Shown one piece after another: positions 11,563 through 26,162 of a DNA stretch of 64,000 nt (positions are counted from its first letter, which is position 1; every line of letters starts with the position of its first letter). Under the pieces are notes generated by a model. That model was not told where the DNA came from. It was given only the letters and a program-made list of their open reading frames with translations, and did not search any database. Made by a program: the position numbers and the translations under genes. Source of the DNA: Octopus sinensis (lineage: Eukaryota); NCBI RefSeq assembly GCF_006345805.1, contig NC_043011.1:43722464-43786463 (forward strand), written 5' to 3'.

Positions 11563-12544
11563 CCCATGCTAGATGGAAAGTGGACGTTAAACGATGATGG
11601 TGATGATGATATATTTATATATATATATAAATATTTATATATATATATAAATATATATATACACACACACATGCACAAACATGTAGTGACCACCCCTCCT
11701 GATAACATACACCAATACTCACACCAATCAGCTGTTTAAAACCAATGAGTTACAAAGTTACAAATCTGGAAGTTGTCAGAAAGACAAATTCTTTTAATTT
11801 TAAAATATTTGATAAGTTATAAAACTACCCCATGAATATGTTAAACCACAGAAGGCATGAAGGCCACTACACAACAATTACTGCATAACAAATGCACCCC
11901 ATTTTTTATTAAAATTTTTTTAGTGTTTTTGTATTTAAATATTTTTAAAATAATCATCACAAAAGTTTATTAATTTATCAAAATAAGTCACATAGGCCTA
12001 TTCATCAACCAACATAAGTCACAAAGATTTATTCGATTTACGAAAATATCTCACAAAGATCAAGAACTGCTGTTTTACAGTTATTTATTTTTTTTTGTAT
12101 TATTTTCATGTAATTTTACATATATTATTTTTAGTATTGTGAACACTATTATTGGTTGAATGTTTCCGCTTCGCTGCCTTTTCCGTGGCGTGACAAGAGA
12201 TTATATGTGTTATTCTGGAAGAATAAATATCACCAGTTATTTTTATTCAATGCACCAGTTTAGAGATAATTGCCTCACAAACAAACAAACACTACACACT
12301 CACATACACACACACACACACCCACACACACTCACAGGCACATTGTACTTGGTTTTCATACCTCAGGTTTCTCACATTTATATTGTCTTTCGCATGTATT
12401 TGGATATTAAGAGTAAGCTCTGGTACCATTTCTTGGAATATTGTACACTCTGTCACTCTACATTTGTCAATATTTGTGTCAAGAATCCGCCTGCTCTCTC
12501 CTGACAGTTATTTCCTTAATACTTTATGTATTTGTATGTATGTG

Positions 12545-12577
<33 letters not shown>

Positions 12578-13028
12578 ATGTTTATATCTATATGTATCTC
12601 TATGTATGTATGTATGTATGTATCTATCTATCTATATGTGTGTGTGTGTGTCTATTTATCTATCTGTCTATCCACTTGTCAGTCTATCTGTCCATCTATC
12701 TATCTGTCTGTTTGGCTGTCTCCTTCTATCTATCTATCTATTGATCGATCAATCGATCTATCTATTGTATATCCAAACATGAAACTTACAATAGCTCATG
12801 TATAAGTTTTACATTCACTAGCTGATATGTATGTGTGTGTGTGTGTAAAAGTGAGTCTGGAGGGATATATTATCCTCGCAGATACCTTATTGGCTATCAG
12901 TTAAGTTCCAGTTAACAGCTAGCCACTTTGATCAGTATTTAATGTCTGTGATTACTATATGTTGCTAGTTTCTCTGTGAATTCTTCTGATGGGTAATTCT
13001 TTCGCTCTCTTCCTCTCTCTCTCTCTCT

Positions 13029-13065
<37 letters not shown>

Positions 13066-13712
13066 TATAGATATATATATATATGCTTCATAACAATTTG
13101 ACTCAGCTTCATATGGCTTTAAGTTTCATGGGCATGCAGGACAGACCCATCTCATCAGATATCAGGAAAAGAGTAAAGGATTTGAAATGGGTTTCAGCAT
13201 AGTTTCCATCTACCAAATTTTACTGACAAGGTGTTAGTCAGTGCATGGCTATGCTAAAAGGCGTTTCTACTGCTGCCGAGCAGGAATAATATTAGATCTA
13301 CATGCTGACAAAGTGAACCCCTTACCTGCACAGCCATGCATGCACGCCTCTCATGATAACTCTGTAAACATACTAATGGACTGTATACCAACCCAATGGC
13401 CTTGTCCCCTGTGTAAAACTCCTTATTTTGGTCTCAAACATCACAAATGACAAACCAATCAAAATCAAGAATCATTATTTTATTGTATATTTGGGTATAT
13501 TTATATATATATATATATTTTTTAATTTCACAACCGAAAATTTTTGTTATATTTTACATGTGTTGTGATTTTGTGGGTGTTTCTTTCTTTTTTTTTTTTT
13601 GAGAATTATATTTTACAAATCATTTTATAAAGTTTCTTCTTAGCATATATATATATATAAATATATAAATATATTTATATAAATATATGGTACATACATA
13701 TATGTATGTGTG

Positions 13713-13746
<34 letters not shown>

Positions 13747-13804
13747 CATACATACATATACATATACATATATATATATATAATTATATATATATATATA
13801 ATAT

Positions 13805-13846
<42 letters not shown>

Positions 13847-14116
13847 AATTTAATTAATAAGGGTAAAAATTGATATTAATTAGATTAATATCAATTTAAA
13901 CCAGTGACCTAGCATATTGGAAAAAATCTGAAGATTCAGAAAATTATATTACATACAAATAAGAGGAATGACTACTAGGTGGACTCCTAATATGCTAAAT
14001 GTAGACCCCATATGGTCTGACCACTAAGAAATTCTGCAAGAAATTCTGCAAATGCCAGAACATAAAGACAAATGAAAAGATACAAAATATAATGATATAT
14101 ATGTATGTATATATAT

Positions 14117-14517
14117 CAGGCACGTGCCATCAGTAACTACTCAGGGTAGGCAGTTGGTGACCTTTATGTGGTAAAATACACAAAAAATAATGAAATACCA
14201 GCATGCAACTGAGTTGAAAGCTGATTTACTTCTGCCTTTATAGCTTGTAAAGAAAACGGTGTTGTAGGAGTGTACACAGCTGGTGTACTACAGCTTTACT
14301 ATGCATAGCTTTAATACAGAGATTGAAAAGCAGGGGTGAATTATGCATACCTAATCTACAAAAGAATAAAATATTTTGTATTTTATGCATAGTAGTCAGA
14401 GTAACATTCATAATTTTATTGAATTAGATGCATGTTTTGCCATAAAAGGTAAATGTTGCTATCAGTGTATTTTATTCAAGGTAGGCACTGCCTACCTACC
14501 TAGGTGGCACATGCCTG
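14117..14517. mobile_element. hAT-like MITE inserted in (TA)n
   Basis: TIR CAGGCACGTGCCA/TGGCACATGCCTG with subterminal GGTAGGCA repeats. Confidence 0.7.
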
Positions 14518-14520
14518 ATA

Positions 14521-14557
<37 letters not shown>

Positions 14558-14869
14558 AATGTAAAGACTAACTGAAAGAGAAAAAGTGAGGGAGAGAGTG
14601 AGAGAGAGAAAGAAAGGAATGTCCTTTTTGTTGGGGTGGGGTTTGTGTATGTTTGAATAAATATACAAAACTGCCACTTCATATTTAAAAACGTTTTTGT
14701 AAAAAATGATTCGAATATTTTTTTTTTGTATTCCTTTTTGCCTTTTTTTCTTGCTTGAATGCTCAGTTTTATATCTATGTGCAGCTCATGTTAAACGTGT
14801 GTGTATGATCAAATATATATATTGTAATGCTCAACTGTATATCTATGTGCATATGTATGTGTGTGTGTT

Positions 14870-14901
<32 letters not shown>

Positions 14902-14930
14902 ATATATATACATATGTATATTTATATATA

Positions 14931-14985
<55 letters not shown>

Positions 14986-17486
14986 TATATATGTACATAA
15001 ATTCATCTACAAAACCAAAATCTTGCCATGCTATTTTTCTTCTTTTTACTATATATATATAGACACATATATATATATACATATATTTATATATATGTAT
15101 ACATTCATGTCTGTATAATATATATGTATATATACATATGTATATTTATAGATATGTATATATATATTTATCTGTAGATATGTAAATGTATGTGTGTGAA
15201 TATATATATATATATATATGGTCTGACCCATGCCAGCATGGAGAACGGACATTAAATGAGGATGCTATATTCTTAGAGATTTTATTTCAAGTTCTTTGTT
15301 CATATTATATTCTACCCTGTTGAATGTTTTGTAAATATTGGAAAATATTTCCACGCAAACGTCTCTGAGTTATTTATATCTCCATAAAAATCAAAAATAA
15401 AGATCTCATTACATTTTATGTCTTTGGAAACGGATATCTAGAATCATTGGTGCAAATCTTCTCTGTTACCTTTGAGGTAATATTTACGGTGTTTTTTTTT
15501 TTTCCTCCATTGTAATAAATACTGACAGGAAATAGGCTACAAGGCCTGAAATTTTAGGGGAGGTGGGGAGCTAGTTGATTACATTGACCACTATGCTGGA
15601 CTTGTGATTATTTTGTTGACCCTGAAAGGATGAGAAGCAAAGATAACCTCAGTGGAATTTGAACTCAGAATTTAAAGCGTGAAGAAATGTCGCAAAGCGT
15701 TTTGTGTGATGTACTGGCTATTCTGCAAGTTTCAATGCCATATCAACAACAACAACAACAACAACAATAATAATTATTATTATAATTTATTCTTTTATTG
15801 GCCACAAGGGATCACATAAAATTACATTAAAAGACATACAACAACATAAAAGACAAACACAGGATGATACAATGGGTTTTACAATGTGTAAACAATATAA
15901 ATAACAATTAAAAATTAAACAATTTATATAGGCATAGGAGGGGCTGTGTGGTAAGTAGCTTACTTACCTACCACATGGTTCCGGGTTCAGTCCTACTGTG
16001 TGGCATCTTGGGCAAGTATCTTCTCCAAAGCCTTGTGAGTGGATTTGGTAGACGGAAACTGAAAGAAGCCTGTCATATATGTGTATGTATATATCACCAT
16101 GATCACCATGACTGACCAGGCTATCAGATGTTGCTACACACATCACTGGTCACAATGCGCTTCGCATTGTTTTAGCCTTCAAATGATGCCCCCCCGCTGG
16201 CTAAGCGAGCAGGCCAGTGTATGTATATATGTATGTGTGTATGTGTATACGTTTGTGTATCTGTGTTTGTCCCCCTAACATAGCTTGACAACCGATGCTG
16301 GTGTGTTACGTCTCCGTAACTTAGCAGTTTAGCAAAAGAAACTGATAGAATAAGTACTAGGCTTACAAAGAATAATTCCCAGGGTCGATTTGCTCAACTA
16401 AAGGCGGTGCTCCAGCATGGCCACAGTCAAATGACTGAAACAAGTAAAAAGAGTAATTTAAAACTCTCAATAGGAGAGGCGCTTTAAGGACCTCATGCAA
16501 AAACCCACAAAAGCCATGGGTGCCTGAACAACAGGGTAAGAGCCCTTCTCCTTTTGTTTACATGTGCATGCTCAGAACTGGTCCTTTCACACTGGCCATT
16601 CTTCCAACATTCACCCACCCAAACTTCTTACAAGGCAACACCTCCCTCTCCACGCTCAACTTCCTTTTCAAGTGGAACTTGAAAAAGTTGATGAGGGCTT
16701 GGCCAAAGAGGAAAGTGTCTATCTTTAGCCCTTTCAAACGGGTCCACCATTTTTCCACAAGGGCAACAATTTTGGTGGAGGGGATGAGTTGATTACATCA
16801 ACCCCAGTGTATTCAACTGGTACTTATTTTGTGAACCCTAAAAAGATGAAAGACACAATCGACCTCAGTGGAATTTGAACTCAGAACGTAGGGACGGGCG
16901 AAATACCGATATTCATTTAGCCTGACCTGCTAACAAGTCTGCCAGCTTGCCACCTTTATAATCATAATAATCCTTTCTACTATAAGCACAAGGGCCTGAA
17001 ATTCTGGGGGAGGGGTGGGCAGTTGATTTCATTGACCCCAGTACACAACTTAATTTATCAACCCTGAATAGATGAAAGGCAGAGTCAACCTCAGCGGAAA
17101 TTGAACTCAGAATGTAGCGACAGGCGAAATCCTGCTAAGCATCATCATTATCAGCACCATCACCACCACCACCACCATCATCATCATCATTAATATCATT
17201 ATCATGATCATTAACATCATCATGGTCACTCCCCAGGTCATGAAAGTTGTTATATTAATATGTATTATAATAAAAATACTTTATATTAAAATTATATTAG
17301 TCACAGTTAGATATAAAATGATTACTGAATATTTGTATTCGGTGTATTTTTATTATTGGAATCACCAAAAATATCGTACAGTTTGGTATGACTAACAGAA
17401 TTTTCTAGATTTAATGAATGTATAGTTAATGTGTTATAGCATGCCGTATTTGTGTGTGTGTATGTATATATGTATGTATGTATATA

Positions 17487-17536
<50 letters not shown>

Positions 17537-17749
17537 GTATGTATATATATATACATAGGGAGAATTCACAAAAAAACAAAAGACGAAGACAGGTGGTGTA
17601 GACAACAAACAGATGTATTAGTTTAACGCTCGGAAAGTGAAAAAGTTTTTAATGTTTCGAGCCTATGCTCTTCCACAGAAAGGAACACAGAAAAAAAAAC
17701 AAGGAGAGAAAATAATGTGTAGTGGCTAGTGATCTATCATGGCATATAT

Positions 17750-19350
<1,601 letters not shown>

Positions 19351-19430
19351 TTATTAAGGGTAGAAATTGATATTTATCAATTAAGACCAGTGGTCTAGCA
19401 TATTAAAAAAGAATCCGAAGATTAAATATT

Positions 19431-19646
19431 TATATATACCAATTAAGGACTGAACACGAAAAGTGGACAGTCAACATGCTAGATATAGACGTCAAATCGC
19501 CATTCACCACAAAAGATTATGTTCTCAGATCAAACTGTTGAGTTTGATCTGAGAACATAATCTTTTGTGGTGAATGGCGATTTGACGTCTATATCTAGCA
19601 TGTTGACTGTCCACTTTTCGTGTTCAGTCCTTAATTGGTATATATA
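19431..19646. repeat. Perfect palindrome with 106-bp arms and a 4-nt loop
   Basis: 19431-19536 is the reverse complement of 19541-19646. Loop GTTG. Flanked by (TA)n. Confidence 0.95.
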
Positions 19647-20719
19647 TATATATATATCTTAATATATACACTAACATACATGCATGTATGTATGTATGTG
19701 TCCCGATTAAATCACATTGTGACAGAATGTATGAGGTGACCAAAGGGTTTGGCATCAGGATGGGCTATCACGTTGTAAAACGGTGGTGGCAGCTGGGAGT
19801 GAATTGTAGTGGTGGTGGTCGTAGCAGTGACGATAACAATGATGATTATTATGATGATGATGATGATAATGATGATCATATTTGTCTATTGTATTTGAAG
19901 TTTGTACTTTGAATGTTAACATGGGAATACTCCGTGGTGTTAATGTTAAAGGTGGAAATCGCTCATTGTTTACTCCACTCGTTCCGAGTTCAAATCCCAT
20001 TAAGGTCAGCTTTTCCTTTCATCCCTTTGGGAGGACGGTGAGGTCAATAAAATAAATCGTTCACTGCATGTTGGGGGTTCGTTTGACTGATTAACCTCAC
20101 TCCTTTTTATAATTGCTGCCTTTGTATTTAAATTAGAAAATATCATTATTATCAAACTGTGATCTGGCAAAATCGTTGGCGCATCTCTCAGCTTTTTACA
20201 ATCTGAGTTCAAATCCCACCAATCTCAACTTTGCCTTTTATCTTTGCGGGGGGTCAGTAAAATAAGTACCATTCACGTACAAGGGTTGATATAATCGACT
20301 AGCCACCTACCCCCAAAATTTCAGGCGCTAGGCCCTTGTACCTAAAATACAAATCATTATTACTGTTGTTGTTATTATTATTATTATTACTATTATTATT
20401 ATTATTAATGCTTATCAGCATTTCATCCGTCTTTACGTTCAAAGTTCAAACTCAGCTGAGGCTGCATTTCAGGGTCAATAAAATAAGTACCAGTTAAATA
20501 CTGGGGTCAATGTAATCCACTTAACCCCCACCCAACACCACCCGAAATTTCTGGACTTTTGCCAAAATTTGAAATCATTATCGTTATTATTATAATTATA
20601 ATTATAATTATAATTATAATTATTATAATAATAATAATTATTATTATTATTATTGTTATTATTATACAGCATCTTAAGGTCAACAAAAATGGCTATCTTC
20701 CACATTTCATTCTTCCAGT

Positions 20720-21550
20720 ACCTTCTGGAGAAATGCTTTCCTTTTTTTTTTTTTATTTTTCTTCTGCGCCACCTTTACTTACTGTCTCCCATTTTCCTTG
20801 TTTCATCTGCCTCCTGGAGGAATATCTTATCTTTGGCCTCCAGCTACTGTCTCTAGGGAGAATGGGTATTTTCCTACTTTTAGTTTTTTTCTACTACCTT
20901 CTGGAGGAACATTTTCTATATTACCTCCATAGGGGTTGGTTGGGAAGGTTTTTGGGAGACATTTCTCATTATTACTCAAATACTGGTCTCTGAATGAATA
21001 TTTTGTACTTTATGGTTTTTTACTACCTTCTGGAGGTAATATCTTCCATGTTTGCTCCATGGTCCAGTTGCTGTGCTCTGGAGGAATGTCTTCCATGTTA
21101 CCTCCAGCTTCTGCTCTGTGGAAGAAAATCTTCCATGTTGCCTCCAGCTTCTGCTCTTGGGAGGAAAATCTTCCATGTTACCTCCAGGTTGCCTCCAGTG
21201 TCTGTTCTCTGGCAGAATATCTTCCATGTTACCTCCAGCTTCTGTTCTGTGGAGAATTATCTTCCATGTTACCTCCAGCTTCTGCTCTTGGGAGGAAAAT
21301 CTTCTACGTTACCTCCAGCTTCTGCTCTGTGGAAGCATATCTTCCATGTCACCTCCAGCCTCTGTTCTATGGAGGAATATCTTCTATGTCTTCTCCAGCT
21401 TCAGTGCTGAAGGATTATCTTTCATGTTACTTCCAGCTTTTATTCTGTGGAGGCATATCTTCCACTGATGTTCCATCTGCTGCCTTCTGGAAGAATATTT
21501 CTCCATTTCTTCCCCATTATTGCCTTCTGGAGATTATAACTTCCATATTT
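20720..21550. repeat. Degenerate 40-bp minisatellite
   Basis: Unit of about ATCTTCCATGTTACCTCCAGCTTCTGCTCTGTGGAGGAAT, homogeneous at 21040-21470 and decaying outward. Confidence 0.9.
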
Positions 21551-22403
21551 CTTGTTCTCTTCCATATTCCGTATTGAGCAAAACTTAACTTTTCTTCTCT
21601 CTCTCTCTTTCTCTTCTGTCTGTCTCTCTCTCATTGTTTCACTCTTTCTGTCACTTTGTATACCTCTGACTTGCACCCTCCTCTCTTCTCTCTCTCTCTC
21701 TCTGTCTTTATCTGTCTCTTTCTCTATCTCTATCTCAGCCCCTTTCCATTTCTCTCTCTTTGCCTACATCTCCCCCTCTCCCCCTCTTTTTCTCGATTCC
21801 TTTGATCCTTAATCCTTCTTTTAATCCACTTAATCTCCACCACACTACCATTTCTGCTGTTGCTGTTGTTATATATTTAGTTAATCCTTTGGCATTGAGG
21901 TTCCTCCATGAAAACTAATCAAATTGCTTAGTTAATCAAATTGTTTTGAATTAATTATGTATTATCTCGTAGCTTCAAGATTTCAATGACGTGATGTTTA
22001 TTTTTGGAATGAAAAATTGTAGGGTAGGTGTGAGAGGCTGGATCTGGCCTTTTTGAATATAAAACAGGTAGATTCTTTTGGCTTGATACAGCTGCTTAAA
22101 TGCTAAAGGATTAACAGGAACAACATCAGCAACAATAACCATAATGGTTCAATACCATTCGATCAATTAATGTCTCAGTTCAAGGAAGGGGAGGGGGTGG
22201 TTTGTATTTACAAAAAAACAAAAAATATATATATATATTGCTAAAGTGAAAAACTAAAAAATTTTATAAAAGATATTGAAAACAAAAATATTAAATAAAA
22301 TAAATTATATAAAAATAATAAAACGAAATGAATTCTACAAAAAGTGTGTTGTGTTTTATTTATCTATTTATTTATGAATTTATTTATTTGTTTGTTTGTG
22401 TGT

Positions 22404-22650
22404 GGAGGTGCGTGGCTTAGTGGTTAGGGTGTCAGCATCATGATCGTAAGATTGTGGTTTCGATTCCTGGACCGGGCAACACGTTGTGTCCTTGAGCAAA
22501 ACACTTCATTTCATGTTGCTCCAGTCCACTCAGCTGGCAAAAAGGAGTAGTGCTGCGATGGACTGGCGTCCCATCCAGCTGAGGAACACATACGCCATTG
22601 AAACTGGGAAACAGGGCCCATAACCCTGACTAGGCTTTAAAAGGGCGCAT
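22404..22650 (+). mobile_element. tRNA-derived SINE family D; also at about 2028-2375(+) and 7665-8290(-)
   Basis: TGGCTTAGTGGTTAG..TTCGATTCCTGGACC..TTGTGTCCTTGAGCAA.ACACTTCATTTCA..TTGCTCCAGTCCACTCAGCTG. Confidence 0.8.
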
Positions 22651-22719
22651 TTGACCCGAGAAATAATGTGAGTTCATGGCTGCTTCCTGCACCAGTTTCG
22701 CATAGCCCCAGCCCATCCA

Positions 22720-23181
22720 AAGTACCTTGGATTGCAGAACGACCTGCTGTGCTTACCTTGGATCATAGGGTGACCTGCTGTGCTTGAGGAGACCTATTGA
22801 GTCAAGTACACCAACATCAAAATAAATATCAAATGGAAATTGTAGTTGTGATACCTGTGCCGATGTCACATAAAAAGCACCATCCAAACATAGCTGATGC
22901 CAGCCCTACCTTGACTGGCTTCTGTGCTGGTGGCATGTAAAAAGCACCAACCGATTGTAGCCGCTGCCAGCCGCCCCTACCACCTGTGCCGGTGGCACGT
23001 AAAAAGCACCCACTACACTCACAGAGTGGTTGGCGTTAGGAAGGGCATCCAGCTGTAGAAACACTGCCAGATCAGTCTGGAGCCTTGTGCATCCTCTTGG
23101 CTTCCCAGACCCCAGTCGAACTGTCCAACCCATGCTAGCACGGAAAATGGATGTTAAACGATGATGATGATGATGATGATG
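22720..23181 (+). mobile_element. RTE-type 3'UTR/SINE tail family; other copies at about 4040-4765, 10583-10720 and 63865-63953
   Basis: Recurrent GGCACGTAAAAAGCACC...TTAGGAAGGGCATCCAGCTGTAGAAAC...CATGCTAGCATGGAAAGCGGACGTTAAAC(GAT)n. Confidence 0.7.
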
Positions 23182-23616
23182 ATTGTGTATATTTTATGGC
23201 TGATGGATATTTATGCGTGTATATATCACAAGTATTGTTTAATACCTGTTTTCCATGCCAGCATATATATGATGGATGCAAACACGGGTTCGAGTGTTGC
23301 CATCGCCCGATCGAAAGTCCCACACGTGTGAAGGCTACGACCAGCCATTTTTTGTGATAGGTCTTACCTTTCTTTTCAAGCAATGCCTGTGCATGATGAT
23401 TTTTTTACAGGGCTTAGAAAAACTGAAGGACCACTGCAATAATATGTGTGTGAATCTGAGAGGGTTGAAGAAAATCATAATTAGCTGACCCTCCTGTATT
23501 TTCTTTTACCCAAAACCAGGAACCTTTCAGCATGCCCATCACACTCACACACACACACACACACACAACAGACGTCTGCTGATGCGTTGAGAAGCGATAA
23601 ATTACTGTACATTACA

Positions 23617-26162
23617 CAGGGTGTTCGAAAAGTCTCTCCGCAGTGAATCAATGAGCTAAAAGACGCAATCATACTGAGTGCCAGACCCTCCAAGATGCAT
23701 TTCAAAACACGAGTAGAAGAGTCAACTTATGTCTTGGAAATGAAGGACGACACTTTCAATCCATCTTATAAAGTTTTTTGGAGACTTCCACCCACCCCCA
23801 ATATCTCCGAAATTTTTTTTTTTTTTTTTTTTGCCAACAACCCACGTTTTCGGCTGCGGAGATTCCAGAAAAATGCCAAAAAGCAGAATTTTAAAATTCC
23901 CCCCACCCCACCCCTAACTTCTTCATTTTTGATTTTTTTTTCAGAATTTTTTTTTTTAAATATGCAGAAAAATACGGAGATTATGATTCTGAAAAAAATT
24001 TCCGAAATTTTTGCAAAATTTCAACTAAAAACTAAAAAAAAAATACCCCTCTCCCTCCCCTCGCAGTCTACGGCATAAACACGAAGTTTTGAAACCCTTT
24101 TCACCAGTGCGCATGCGTTGACTGCAATGCTAAAAGTGAAATTTTGGATGTAGTGTGGTGATGGGTGGGCGACATGGGGAAAAAGGTTTTCGGAAAATTT
24201 CTTTTTAAATTTTCGGTTTTAAAATGCGGACGGCCCGAATCTGTCGTTTTTTAAAATTTAATTAAATTTTCTTTTTACAGAAATCCCCGTTTTCGGGTAT
24301 GGAGATTACGAGTCTGAAAAGAAAAATTGGCAAAACTCGGGATTTCAAAATTTCAATTTCCCTCCCCCACTCCAATTTCGCCACCACTCCTGTCGGAGCT
24401 TTTAGGTATGTTCGCTCAATAAACACATGCAACGCCCGGTCTGGGAATCGAAACCGCGATCCACCGACCGCGAGTCTGTTGCCCTAACCACTAAGCCTCC
24501 ACGCTTTATTTTATAAACCTTGCTTAATATAGCTCTTCAAGATGGGCAACGCATTTGTTTCGGAAGCAGCCTGATTTCCTGGCGATAAGAAATAGACGAA
24601 TTTTCATCATGTAATCTAAGAGAAAGCTTGTACAGATTCACGCCATGCTTTTTCCTTCGTTTTAGTGATGCTGGCGAATCAGTCGATGCGGAGGGCTGCT
24701 CACAATCAGACGACATCTTCAAGCGAACTAAGTACGCACCTTTCTACAAGTAAGTTTTCTGTAACGGCAATTCCAGTATTCTGTGTTAAATGCCTAAACC
24801 TACTGTGTACAAATGTCAGTTCCCTGCTAGTCTCTTCACTGGCCAATCTGTTCCAAAGAACATTCGGGCCGGGGCCTATGGGCAATTACCAAAAGTCCCT
24901 GGTCTGACAATGTTACAGAGGAGCTTTACCGGTTCGAGATAAGCCCTTTAGACATGGGTGTGCGCCTTCGCCGGTTTGTGCAAGATGCGAGCGGGACAGT
25001 GAAACTGTCCTGCATGCGACTGTGCAATTCCCCAAGGTGACTGAGCTCTGGGCTTATGTCGAACACCTGCTGTCGCATTCGAGAAGAGTACAACTGTCGA
25101 GCGAATCTGTAATTAAGATAGTTCCGCCGACCTCCCTGAATAGGGAGGAGCGAGCCTATTTTCTCTCGGTAGTTGCTATGGCGAAAGAAGTTGTATGGAA
25201 GACGAGAGTGGAAGGAATTGCAACAGGCATGTTCATTTCCAATCTCGAGCTAATCGACTTTTTCGATTTCCACATGAAACAGAAAATAAGGCTGGAAAAG
25301 AAATGCCTGTCGCAAAGTGTGTTTCGTAAAAGATGGAAATCTGGAGCAAGTATGTTGCGAGTGAAACAACCTGTCTAAACGAGAACAAAAAACAGAAAGG
25401 AGAAAGCAAAGTCTTCAGTGTGAGTATGTGGTTTGTGGGGTCGACCGCGTCCACTGCTTCATTTTTTGTAAATCGCTCATTCTCATTTAATCGTATATAT
25501 TTTAATTGTTTGTTTATTCATACGTTTTGTCTCATTCGATACCCTGACCCCAATGTTTGTTTTGTCTGTCCTCGTATCGTCTCCTCTTTTTCTCAACCTT
25601 TTGATTAATAAACAGATTCTCTCTCTCTCTCTCTCTCGCTCTCTCTGTTCTGCGACTGCTAAATATCTGATTCTATGTTGGCTGATTGGCCAAAGTGTTA
25701 GACTTATATGATGGTCATCAGGAGTAATTTAGGTCAACTGGGGAACTTTGTGTGAAACAGCTAGTGTCAAAGTCGAAATGAAAATCCATGTATTATCTTT
25801 TGACTGGACAACGAAATTTCTCTGGCGCCTCCTCCTTCACCAATGGTGGATCAGATGAGCGAGAATCCTGAGATTCGAAACCGAATCTCAGATCGGAAAA
25901 AGGAAGCGTTAGTTTTTACATAACGATTGCCATGATGATGACTATAGCATGGAAACAATAGGAAGCTGATAATCTCCGTGTTTTTCCGCATATTTTGAGG
26001 AAAATTTTTTTGAAAAAGTAGCCGTACACTGTGAGGGAAGAGGTAATTTTTTTTCTTTTTGAATTAAAATTTTACAAAAATTTTTGGGAATTTTTTTCAG
26101 AATCATCTTATAAATATTTATTTTGCGATAAAATACCATGGAGAGACTTTTTGAATAAAGTG
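23617..26162. mobile_element. Probable long-TIR non-autonomous DNA transposon containing the Tx1 LINE and a SINE
   Basis: CAGGGTGTTCGAAAAGTCTCTCC versus GGAGAGACTTTTTGAATAAAGTG. Inner inverted blocks at 23958-24075 and 25969-26045. Confidence 0.5.
24836..25618 (+). mobile_element. L1/Tx1-clade LINE 3' fragment (zf-RVT region)
   Basis: CYRGALPVRDK...CARCERDSETVLHA...LWAYVE...KEVVWKTR. Ends in AATAAA then (CT)n. Confidence 0.8.

Noticed and set aside
20936-21577. 213-aa ORF
   Set aside because: Product of a 40-bp minisatellite cycling through frames, with no supporting splice structure.
24537-24722. Minus-strand ORF with an NLS-like KRRKK
   Set aside because: Lies inside a probable DNA-transposon relic, is short and has no splice support.
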